Positions 34,278 through 45,213 of a stretch of DNA of 64,000 nucleotides are shown here, piece by piece. The number at the start of each line of letters is the position of its first letter. Positions within the stretch are counted from its first letter, which is position 1. This DNA is from Gekko japonicus (taxonomy: Eukaryota): the NCBI RefSeq assembly GCF_001447785.1, contig NW_015170304.1:438702-502701 (forward strand), written 5' to 3'. Under the pieces are notes generated by a model. That model was not told the DNA's origin and searched no databases. It saw only the letters and a list, made by a program, of their open reading frames with translations. Both the position numbers and the translations under genes were made by a program.

Positions 34278-36054
34278 GTAAAAGATTAGATGTAGTTTTT
34301 GATAGCAGTTTGTGAATTTTGCAGCAGAATGACCCTTCCAGATAGATACCTCGCTGAGCAAAATTTCCCTTTGAATAAATTTCCCTCTGGAATGACTAAA
34401 AAGTAATTTGCTTTCAGGAAATGCATTTGGGGTTTGCTTCCCAAATAAATATGCCAGGTTGAAATGGACACCATCCAGTAGTTAGCTTCAAATGGCATTC
34501 CAGAATCTGCATCACTGGTGCTGGCGTGAGTGGTTTTGGCTTTTTCTAACAGTAGCTGAAGCACTACAGAACCTGCAAAAGTAGATTGAGCAGCGACTGC
34601 GGCAGGACCAGAGGCAGGCCGGGCAAAGAATGTGAATGGTTGAAGGGAGCAACGCTCACCCCCATGCTGTTATGTCACAGCCAGAAATTTCACTCTGGGG
34701 GATCCCTGTGTGGCCTTAAGTCTCTATCATGCTGCTGTAACCTGTCTTCCAGGCTAGCTTTGACGCTAAACAATATTGAGCGTTGCAAAGCACTTTACAT
34801 GCCGGAAGGTGCTATGGCAATCATTAATAATAATAAATGTCTGGCCAAGCAGAATATTTCTGTGCAATATATTTCCAAGCGCTTTTAATTGCTCCACTTA
34901 CTGACTTACAAGGGTTCCCTGTGGCACCATAATTTTAAGCCTCAGAAATATGAAAGTGTGAAGTCTTGCCACTTTCCATCACCTTGAGAGGAAGATGACT
35001 GTTCCCATAGTTATCCTTCTTCCCTTTTTCCTCTTCGTTTGTCATAACACTGAAGTCTGACATGCAACTCCACCAAAGAACTCAGGTACAGAATGGTATA
35101 ACAAATTCTAGAGATGGCTGTGTTCGTCTGTTGCCTAGAGGCGAGTCTTGTGGTTCACTAAAAGACAGAAGTAGATGAACGCACGAAGCTCCCTTATACC
35201 AAGTCAGACCATTAGTCTATCAAGATCACTATTGTCTACTCTGACTGGTAGCAGCTCTCCGGGGTATCAGGTAGAGGTCTTTTGTGTCACTTACTACATG
35301 CTCCTCGTAACTGGAAAAGCCAGGGATGAACCTGGGACCTCCCACTAAGCCGTGGCCCTCCCCAGATATTGATATAATTAGAATGGGGCTGCCCACCCAG
35401 TGGCAGTCCCCTTTTAAGATCTTTCTCTCCTCCATCCTTATTATTTAGGCATGCATACTTGGGCTGCCACTTGATTAAATATGAACATAGAAGTCAGCCT
35501 TATATCAAGTGAGACGGTTGGTCAACCTAGCACAGTTCTGTCCATTCTGACTGGCAGTAGCTTCCAAGGGTTTCAGGCAGCAAAAGTCCTTCCCTATCCA
35601 ATATCCTTGAGCTGAAGATGCCAGGAATTGAACCTGGTATCTTGTGCACGCAAAACATGCACTCTACAATTGAGCCTCAAAGCTTCTCCCAGTGCTGCAA
35701 AGAAACCTGTTTAACCATTTAAGGGTCAAGTGTCACTGAGAGCCATTAAGAGTGGGAGAGAAGGTCATATCTGGGTTGCTAGCACTGGAGAGCTGGCAGC
35801 CAACTCAGGGTCCTCCAAAGCAGGAAGAGATCCGGAAAGGGCTGCCAAGAGGGGTGGGGGAATTGCCTTTCCTTATCTTAAATATGATGGGGAAGAGGGA
35901 GAACACAACACAGGGCTGCCATTTTTGGCAGCAGGTCAGTGTCCAGCGTGATGTCCGTGTCCTCCCGTAGGCTAATAAACCTACTACAGTGTGAGCTTGC
36001 ATGGGCAGGGGCCGCCTTGTCAGATGAATGAAAGATTTTCTATTCTAATTGCAG

Positions 36055-36257
36055 TGCCCTTTCCTTGTGGAAGGATTACAGCTCCAGAGGCGGTCAACAA
36101 ACTCACCCGTTCCATCAACACATTTGACAACTGGTCCTTCACCAATGATACAGACGGTGTTGTGAAAGACAACAGCACTGAGATCGTTCCCCAGTCAGAA
36201 ACCAAAATTCGAGTGGTTGGGGGCAGAAACAGCAAGAAAGGCGAAGTACCTTGGCAG
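36055..36257 (+). CDS. F9: factor IX exon 6 (activation peptide and start of protease)
   Basis: VPFPCGR...KLTR|SINTF...TKIR|VVGG...VPWQ; 203 bp. Confidence 0.97.
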
Positions 36258-36394
36258 GTAACATGATTAACCACCAGTAGTTTTGTACTACTGAGAGTTG
36301 CAAACGGTCCACATCATAAACTGTTGTTAGCTGCCCTGAGCTATTGGATAGGGCGGGATAGAAATCGCAAAAATAATAAATAAATAAATAAATA

Positions 36395-36790
36395 AACATA
36401 AGATGATCCTTGCTAGACCAGACGAGTGGTCCATCTAGTCCAGCATCCTGTTTCACACAGTAGGCACTGGAGGGACAAAAACACACAGCACAGTGGCCAA
36501 CGCCTTCCCGTGAAGTTGCCTTTCAGCAGTGGGCTTCAGAGGTTTACTGCCTCTGAACTTGAAGGTTCCCTTTACTAACCATGGCTAGGAGCCATTTGTG
36601 GACCTCTCCTCCATGAATTTTCCCAACCCCCTTTAAAGGCATCTATGCTCATGGCCATCACTACCTTCTCTGGCAGTGAATCCCACAATTTAATTACTCA
36701 TTGATTAAAGCTGTGGTTCCTTTTCTTTCTCCTATACCTATTGTCCATTAACTTCATTGGGTGCCCCCAAGTTCTATTAAGGGAGAGAAA
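36395..36790 (-). mobile_element. CR1-like LINE 3' fragment
   Basis: AACATAAG...GGTCCATCTAGTCCAGCATCCTGTTTC type 3' end; related pieces near 29500, 35190, 35484 and 51320. Confidence 0.55.
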
Positions 36791-36897
36791 GAAACAGCTC
36801 CCTCTAGGTCACTGCCACTGCCAGGTCTGCCTTTTTTCATCTGAGGCAGGTCAGGCAGTTGGCCCCATACCTCACCCCCCCCCCTGATCTGGTTGCA

Positions 36898-37872
36898 ACA
36901 GTCACTTCCACATTAGATTATTGTAATTCTCTCTACGTGGGGCTTCCCTTGACTCTGCTCTGGAAGCAGCTAGCGCAGAACGCAGTGGCACGAGTGTTGA
37001 TGTCGCTGCCTGTGCGGGCGTGACCTGCACTGGCTGTCTATTGAATACTGGATCCGTTTCAAGGTGTTGGTGACTACCTTTAAAGCCCTATACAGCCAGG
37101 GACCTGCATATCTTCAAGGCTGCCTCTCCCCATATGAGCCCTGTAGAACAGTGCGTTCTACAAACCTGCACTTCCTGGTAGTCCCTGGCCCTAGTAGGGT
37201 TGCCAAGTCGATCTTCTGCCGGAGCGGGGGGCTCCCGGCCGGCGTCTGGTGTGTGCACGTGCGCCGCATGCACATCACCCAGAAGTGACGTGACGACGGC
37301 AGGGAAGCCGTCTATGGTTTTCCCTCGTATGGCCATGGCCCCGCCCCCAGCGTGCCCGGCGTGGTCGCGTCACTTCCGGGAGACGCGCACGTCGGGGTGG
37401 AGTTCCCCCGGGGACCTGATCGTGGCAGCGGGGAATGGGCCTCTGGGGCGGGGGTTTCCCCACCCCCTGGGGGGACTTGGGAAGCCTAGGCCCTAGGGAT
37501 GTCCGACTTGCTTCAACTAGGGAGCCAGGGCCCTGCCTGGTAGAATGAGCTACCTTATGAGATCAGGGCCCTGTGGGACCTATTACAGTTCTGCAGAGCC
37601 TGCAAGACCGAGCTCTTCCACCAGGCCTTTAGCTGAGGCAGCGGGCATCCACTTTGATTTGTCCTCCCCGCAGATCCTAGAAGCCAGATTGGGACCACAC
37701 TATAATCTGTGAAGTGTGTCGTTGTATGGAATGCTGCTGATTTTATTGGTTTAATGCTGTTGATTTTAATTATTCCAATGGATTAATTGTAGCCCTATGT
37801 GTTGGTACCCGCCCTGAGCCTACAATGTGGGGAAGGCGGGATATAAGTCTAATAAAATATAAATAAATAAAT
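36898..37872 (+). mobile_element. L2-clade LINE 3' fragment interrupted by a hAT MITE
   Basis: Encodes LDYCNSLYVGLP and FKVLVTTFKALY; CCGCCC...GGCGG stem-loop and (TAAA)n tail. Confidence 0.8.
37195..37488. mobile_element. young CpG-rich hAT (Blackjack-like) MITE
   Basis: TAGGGTTGCCAAGTC / GACTTGGGAAGCCTA; perfect 8-bp TSD GGCCCTAG. Confidence 0.88.
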
Positions 37873-40496
37873 ATCCCCTTTCTACATTCCATGCATAATT
37901 TTGTAAACCCTTAAAGATGGATAGCTGTGTTAAAGACTAACAAAATTTGTGGCAGGGTAGGAGCTTTTGTGAGTCACTGCTCACTTCTTCTGATACAGCT
38001 AGACTGACCCACTGTTCTATATAACCCTCCATTCTATCTTGCCTTAGCCTTAAAAATCTCAGACTCGCCAGCCTTTCCTCATCATCTTGGTTACCCTCTT
38101 CTGTAAGTTTTTCCTGGAATACCCTTTTAGAAATATGGCAGCCAAAACTATGCACAGTATTCCAACTGAGGCTGCACCAAGGGCATTACAGTATTTGCCA
38201 TTTTATTCTCAGCCCCCTTCCTGTAATCCCCAACATGGGTTTTACCTTTTTCACTGCCGCTACATACTGGGTTGCCATTTTAATTGAGCTGTCACTATAA
38301 CTCTATCAGGTGGCTGCAGTAGAATGGGTTCTCTAGTGGCTACAGGAAGGCTCCTAAATCCAAGCCTGACTTAAAGCAGCCTCTGGGAAATTAGGTCAAT
38401 GCAAAAGGAAGATATCAACACTAAGCAGGTGGTCTTGTACAATTATATACTGCATCACAATTACAGCTGGCAGTTTCCAGCAGTGTGTGTGTGTGGGGGG
38501 GGTACTACTTTAAATTGTGTGAATAAATGATGAAAGTTAAGAAAAGGTGTGTGCACTTGATTTTGCATAATTTATCCTACTAGCCACAAAGCAAGGAAGG
38601 GATCTTGATGCTGATCACTGAAGGATCGCACTTGGATGCTACAAATCTGCTTCAAAGGGAATCCTCCAGTTCCTGTGATTTCCCCCCCAGGGACCGACCT
38701 CTCTTTATTCCTTGCAAATAAGGAGTGCTAATTCTCTACCATTTTAAACTAATAATAATAAAGCTGAGATTTAGTTGCAGGGTTATGACTCAGTGCTAGA
38801 TCCCAAATGCTACAGACTGGCCAAGTCCACCACTTTATGGTGTCTCCTTACTGTGATTATCATGACATCAAATAACTAATTTTATTATCTTTTGAAATAG
38901 CAATCAATTAATCCTAAATGGATTACCTCAGACTGACAGCTGAAAGTTTGCCGCAGGAGAGTCCATGCAAAAGTGAAAACAAAATTCGAACAAGTTTTTC
39001 AAATACTGAGTTGGTTGGCTGTGGATTTTCAGCACGCATTTATAAATTTCAATAGGGGGGGGGAATCCTTTTTGGCTGAATTATGAGGATTTCCATGCAA
39101 ACAAACAAACCGAAAAATTTACATCCACTGAAATATACAATATTGATGCATAAATTGAAGAGATTAAAAATCTTTGAGCCAGAATTTCTTTGAGTTTCAT
39201 CCCACACCCCCATTTCATACCTACCCTAGTTAAACAACGGTTCCTACCTGGAGGGGGGAGATCTTGTACTTAAACTTTGGGAGAAAAATGCTGAACTTCT
39301 CCTCTGGTGTGTGCCACTCAGCCTCTGCTGCCCTCTAGAGGGCAAATACCACCCAAGCCACTTGATTTCCTCATCTACTGTGATCCACAGTAGCCGTTGT
39401 AGTTGAGTGCAGTAGGTTTGTTTTTTACCCCTTTGTCTCTGAGAAGAGATGAGTTCCTTGGCTTCAGGCCTCATGACTGCTCCATCTCTATCACAACTGT
39501 GAAATCCAAAAGGCTAGTTGCTCCAGAGCTACTGACAGCCACCTGGGCAAATTAATGTATCACCCCAGCTCCCACCACAGGATCACTTGAAATATCACAT
39601 GATTTGCCTGGTGCCATGGGTCTCCCAAATGTTGTCTCTCTCTTTCTCTGCACCTCTTAGTGGCTCCTCTTTTTGTGTATTAGAGGTCGTTGCTCCTACA
39701 CTGATGTCCACGAAGCCCAATCATATACATGTTGACTCAGACGTGAGTCCTGCTGTATTCAGTTATTCTTAGTGCCAAAACAAGTGACATACAAGGAGTC
39801 GTTAACTGGAGGTCCTGTTTCCCCCCCTTTTTTGAACATCAGGCCTGGAATGTTCTCAGAGAGCTGCTCTTGGGCAATCTGCACCCATAAATTTCCCCCA
39901 GTGGGACAAACTGTGGCTCCCCAGGGCTCTTTCAGGTTAAGCAAAAGGTACTGGGGGGGGGGAGCTTAACCCTCCTCTCCCCACATGCTGGCATCACTGA
40001 TCCTAATTGAGTCTCCTTGTTTCTGATTGCTACATTGTTTTTAAAAAAGGTGGAATCTGTTATCATGGAACTTCAAGCACCTTATTTGGTCCGGCCCTTA
40101 GTTCTTCACAGGGTAGCTGGGAATGCCTGAAATGTTGTTCACATTGATGTTTACAAGCCCAGACAAATTTTTGTGAATGTCTAATATACATTTCCCACCT
40201 GTCAACACAGGATTCATGGGCACGAGTATCATATTTTGGTGACTGTCATGACTCACCAATGTATCAGTTTTTGAGGCATTCACAAAATGTATCTGGGATT
40301 GTCAGTGTTCACTTGCAAATAGCATGATTTGGCAAACTGTAGACCTTCACGATAATATGCACAAAACATGTGCTTTACCACCAAGCTGCCATAGATACAG
40401 CCCCCATCCATTATCAGAGTTGCACAACCCCTTTGAAAATGTACCATATCCAACGTTTGACTGCCATTCAGCCTAGTTTTATGACTTGCTCATGAC

Positions 40497-40702
40497 CAGT
40501 GTTCCTTCTAAGCTGAGTTAGTGTGAGCTAGCTCATAGTTTTTTAGCCTCCAGCTCACAGATTTTGGTCTTAGCTCAGGAAGGGTGGCTCTGGAGCAAAC
40601 TAGTTTATGCAGCAGCCAGATTGCTCGCTCACAACTTTAATGCCAGGAGCTCACAAAGTTGACTTTTTGCTCACAAGACTCCACAGCTTAGAGGGAGCAT
40701 TG
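40497..40702 (+). mobile_element. hAT MITE family A, 30 nt upstream of F9 exon 7
   Basis: CAGTGTTCCTTCTAAGCTG / CAGCTTAGAGGGAGCATTG; perfect 8-bp TSD CTCATGAC (40489-40496, 40703-40710). Confidence 0.9.
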
Positions 40703-40732
40703 CTCATGACCTGGTGTGTTCCCTGCTCACAG

Positions 40733-40847
40733 GTTCATGTGCTTAACAATGAGCAGAAGGGATTCTGCGGGGGCTCGATCATCAATGAAAACTGGATCGT
40801 GACTGCAGCGCACTGCATTGCAGCTGGACCACATACTATTGTTGCAG
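40733..40847 (+). CDS. F9: factor IX exon 7 (catalytic His)
   Basis: [38 protein letters not shown]; 115 bp. Confidence 0.97.
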
Positions 40848-41061
40848 GTAAATCAGTGGAATAACTCCAATATCAGGGTCTAGGGCTTTCCCTATGGAGA
40901 AACTGGGGTAAGATGCAAGGGATGCAAGAATCACAATATGGTTTTATGGGCTTTTGAACATGGGACTAGCAGTGGGCTCACCTTTCCCACGTGGCCCTCG
41001 TGTAAAAGAAAAATGTCACTCTTGAGCATGTACAATTCTCCTTAATACTGCATCTCCAAAT

Positions 41062-41323
41062 CCCAGTTTGGTGTAGTGGTTAAGTGTGTGGACTCTAATC
41101 TGGGAGAACCGGGTTTGATTCCCCACTCCTCCACTTGCACCTGCTGGGTGACCGTGGGCAAGCCATAGTTCTGTCAGAGCTGTTCTTGAAAGAGCAGTTC
41201 TTGAAAGAGCTCTCTGAGCCCCACTTACCTCACAGGGTGTCTGTTGTGGGGAGGGGAAAGGCGTTTGTAAGCCACTCTGAGAGTATGAAGAGCCGGGTAT
41301 AAATCCAATCTCTTATCTTCTTC
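41062..41323 (+). mobile_element. Squam3-like SINE
   Basis: Family head, body and tail. Confidence 0.9.
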
Positions 41324-41827
41324 AATTTAAAAACAATCAACAGAAATCTTGGGACCAGTTTTAGCTAGAAGCACAAACTCAGTACACTTGGTGCCAGCCA
41401 AATATTATGTGGGGGAAAGGGGTTCCATAATTACAGTGGCACTATAGGAAAGGATCTGTCTTCTGTGTGTCGCTCCCCCCCCCCCATTCCAGGTAACTGT
41501 GGCACATGATTTGAGACTTCAGGTGATTGCAGAAATTAGGCATGGACATCTGGGACTGGGCAATCCTTTAAAAACGACACCCGTATGTCTCAGAGGTCAC
41601 TGCTGCAGGCATGTAAGGCATTTCATGTGGATTCCCACTTGTGAACTCTCACAGGGAATATGGGGGGACTCAAAAGTTCTGGGGCCCTCAACCATCCCTA
41701 AGCCTTCCCAGCTTCACTTGCTAGCTATTAATACAATGAGGGACCCAATGGATCTTTGCCTGAGAGAGCAAAGCACTTCCAATAATAAACATGGAATGTC
41801 CATTTTTCTCTCTTTTTTGGTATTTGT

Positions 41828-42010
41828 GTCATGGCTGACTTCTGGCAACGCCTAGTGGGCTGGGAGGCAAGGATGTCCAGAGAGGTGGCTTGCTGCCTGC
41901 CTCTGTGTCATGGCCCTGGTATTCCATGGAGGTCTCCCATCCAAGTACTTACCAGCGTTGGCCCTGCTTAGCTTCCAAGATCTGATGAGACTGGGCTTGC
42001 CTGGGCTATC
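41828..42010 (-). mobile_element. 5S rRNA-derived SINE
   Basis: Minus strand TCTCATCAGATCTTGGAAGCTAAGCAGGGCCAACGCTGGTAAGTACTTGGATGGGAGACCTCCATGGAATACCAGG is clearly 5S-like, followed by a non-5S tail. Confidence 0.8.
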
Positions 42011-42062
42011 TAAGTCGCAGCTCTTTCTCTCTTTAATGCAATTGTGATGGCTCACTTACCAG

Positions 42063-42607
42063 GTGAACTCCACACAGAGGAAGATGACCACACTGAACAG
42101 TACCGCAGAGTGGTAAGGATAATCCCTTATCCCGCATACAACAGCAGCCTGAGGTACCACAACGACATTGCCCTCCTTGAACTGGATTCGCCACTAGAGC
42201 TGAATAGTTATGTCACACCTGTTTGCATAGCAGACAAGGATTTCACCAACAGCCTTCTGAAGTTTGGAGCAAGCACTGTGAGCGGCTGGGGAAGGCTGGC
42301 ACACCAAGGGCGGGAGGCAAGCATCCTCCAGGTCCTGAAAGTTCAGTTGATTGACCGGGCCACCTGCTTGAGGAGCACCAGGTTCTCCATCGTGTCCAGC
42401 ATGTTCTGTGCAGGGCATCCGTACGAGGCAAAGGATACATGCCAAGGAGACAGTGGAGGTCCACATGCCACGGAAATGGAAGGCACCTGGTTTCTGACCG
42501 GGATAACCAGCTGGGGGGAGCAGTGTGCCATGAAAGACAAATACGGCATCTACACCAGAGTTGCAAGATATGTCAAGTGGATCAGAGACACAACCAGGCA
42601 TACCTGA
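42063..42607 (+). CDS. F9: factor IX exon 8 (catalytic Asp and Ser, stop)
   Basis: [35 protein letters not shown] at 42605-42607; spliced CDS totals 1362 nt (453 aa). Confidence 0.98.
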
Positions 42608-42704
42608 GGCCAGAGCCAAAGTATTTTTACTCCTTTCCAAAGGATTGTCTGCTTGTGGAGAAGGGAAAATTTAAACAAATCCTAATCTGTATTCTCAAAT
42701 AATT

Positions 42705-42900
42705 CCAGAGGGATAGCTGCACAATCCGGCTGCAGCAAAAATACACAGGAATCTTGTGTCACCTTAAACACATATTTTTGTTCTAGCATTTGTGGGTGCA
42801 CTTCATCAGATGGAAGCAGTCCACATGCATGTGGATTCTAGTCCACAAGAGTTTATGCTAGAATAAAAATTTGCTAGTCTTTAAAGTGCCCCATGACTCC
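42705..42900. mobile_element. inverted pair of Penelope-like fragments in the F9 3'UTR
   Basis: 42750-42795 is the reverse complement of 42842-42898; similar pieces at 32030, 37918 and 58760. Confidence 0.55.
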
Positions 42901-43149
42901 TACTTAACTTCTGAAATAGTTTCACCGATTACTTTTTCTAAACATTGAGAACATCTCTTTTAGAAACAAAGTTTACACATGAGTTTGTACCAACCCCCCC
43001 CCCCCAAAACACAACTTCAGATACCCATCTCTTTAAAAAAAATTAAGGCACCTCCCTCAGACGGCTGTTGTGAGGCTGAACACATTGTAGAGAACTTTGG
43101 AAAATCAGAATTGCAAATGAATCCAGCACTCAATGTATCAATGTGTTGT

Positions 43150-43177
43150 AATAAATGTCAATGAACTCATAAATAAA
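43150..43177 (+). terminator. F9: probable F9 polyadenylation signals (AATAAA x2)
   Basis: AATAAA at 43150-43155 and 43172-43177, with a GT-containing downstream element (GGTTGTGG). Confidence 0.55.
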
Positions 43178-43252
43178 TTGCAACCTGAGAGGTTGTGGAC
43201 TAAGGGCAGCAGCAAACTCGCCACACAAAATGAAACTTCTTATATACATTTC

Positions 43253-43258
43253 TTTATT
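43253..43258 (-). terminator. MCF2: probable MCF2 polyadenylation signal
   Basis: TTTATT on + is AATAAA on -, at the end of about 1.9 kb of repeat-poor AU-rich UTR; T/GT-rich downstream element on the minus strand (TTTTGTGTG). Confidence 0.6.
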
Positions 43259-45172
43259 TACCAATTTGCAATATATATATATATATATATTTAAATATAT
43301 ATTTAACACATTTTTACAGGTACATTTACAGTTTACATAATTTAAATTTATAGACAAGGGAACCTTTGTCCCCCCCCAGTGTAGCTTAAAGTACCATATA
43401 ATATTTGCAGCGCAAGTGGTAAACCTGTCTACTTTAAGATGTCAAACGCTTTGTGCAAATTTTAAAAGTCTAAGACTGTACATTCAGATTTGCAGACCTA
43501 GGCAATTTCATAAATAAAAGATTTTCAGATTCAGAACTAGGAAGATTAAAAGACCAAGATGAGTCAGGATGGGCACAATGTGGTTGTCCAGATAAAATAT
43601 TTCAGTGAGAGGTTAAAAAATGCAGCCTTTGCAGCAGGACCGACTGGCCCTTGTGCCGTGAGCTCTCTACCCCTTTGTTACAAGTCAGACAAGAGAACTG
43701 CTTTTAAAAGGAAATCTGTATAGTTCTAAACACAAAAACAACTGAAATCATCCAACAGGAATCCTTCCGGGCTTAGTGATATTTCAAATGACATATCATA
43801 TAATGGATAAATGGGCTCACATTCACTTTGGGTGGTGTATGAAGTATAACACAGAGCATTGAATTATCTGGGACCCATCAGAATGTGTAAGTGCTTGACT
43901 GCAAAATGTATTACATGATCAACATGAGTTTGCTACTATAAAACCACCCAAAAATATGTTCATGACATAAACAAACTTTGTGGTACCACTTGAAATCTGT
44001 AGTTCACAAACTAAAAGTCAGATTTCTTTTTAAAGTTCTTTTTCTCCTCCGGCCCACAAGTATAATAAAGCAGCCAACTGAGGCTATTTTTGGTTGCTTT
44101 CATGCTACTCATTTTCCATCCTGGATTGTTGTGAGTGGGCTCACCACAACACCTCTCCTATTTATTGATGCCACTGCAAATGAGATTTGTAGACATCCAA
44201 CCACCTTTACATACACACAACAGATACACGCACGCACACACACACACAGAGAAGGAAAAATACACGGGCAAAGCATAAAGACATGATGTAAACTTCATTA
44301 AAAGAAGACCATCCCAATATCAGGCTACTCTCAATAAAGACGGTGAAAAGTACAGTCTTACAACAAGTTCATTATTTTTAGTGCAAAAGTGGACACTAAA
44401 CTCAAGTTATGGCACACATCGTCTAAAAGACCAGAAAGCGTTCAATGTAAACGTGGATTCATTGCTAAATAGCTTAGGAATACTGGTGAACTCAAAGTGA
44501 CCTCTGACAATCCTGAGTTGTCAAATCAATAAGGTCTTGAACCACAGCCCACAGATGACATGGGCTCTGAATCAGACCCCTAGTGCAAAAGGAGAACCCG
44601 CTCCTTCTTAGTGTTATTGCATCACCATGCACCATCCAGCACCTCAAAATAGTCTATATGTAGATGTCATTAGAGTTTATTCGCACCCATTCCAGAAAAA
44701 GAATCAACCCAACTAGAAAATGTAGCTTATTACGACTAGTATTACATTTGTGAACCTAGTCAAGCGCAGTCAACCACACCAGTGTGAGGTTGCGAAATAA
44801 GGTAGAGCTTTTTATGCCTATGAACAGAAGTTATTGGGCATCAGAACAACAAAAAGGGAAATAATTAAATTAGTTGTCAAATGAAATTTAGTGGATGTCA
44901 TGGTGAGGAGGAAAGAAGTCCCATCAGCACGTCAAAACAAAGTGGTTCAGAATTGTCCACTGGTGGGTGAAAAAAAATGAAAACATCAAAAGAATGGCTT
45001 CTGCTGATGGTCACGTTCAATGTTGGTGAAGCTGTGATGTGCAGCGAATGTTGATGGGTGACAGTACAGGGGAACTCCAACCCCTGAATGCTCCCTCTTT
45101 CTCGGAAACAACCATTTCAAACCTCCACTGTAGCATTCAAAAATGACATGACATTAGTTCTCCCTCCAAAGT

Positions 45173-45213
45173 TCAGGGGGAGCTTAATTTTCTCGTCTTA
45201 TAAGGGGCAGCGT
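45173..45213 (-). CDS. MCF2: MCF2 probable terminal coding exon (DAAPYKTRKLSSP*)
   Basis: Strong acceptor CCCTCTTTGTTGCTTTGTAG, phase matches the previous exon, followed by a long 3'UTR. Confidence 0.6.

Noticed and set aside
41911-42010. Functional 5S rRNA gene
   Set aside because: Many substitutions, divergent ends, no oligo-T terminator, and a non-5S tail shared with other copies.
42051-42062. Perfect antisense donor (CTG|GTAAGTGAG) overlapping the F9 exon 8 acceptor
   Set aside because: No antisense exon or ORF support; easily a chance match.
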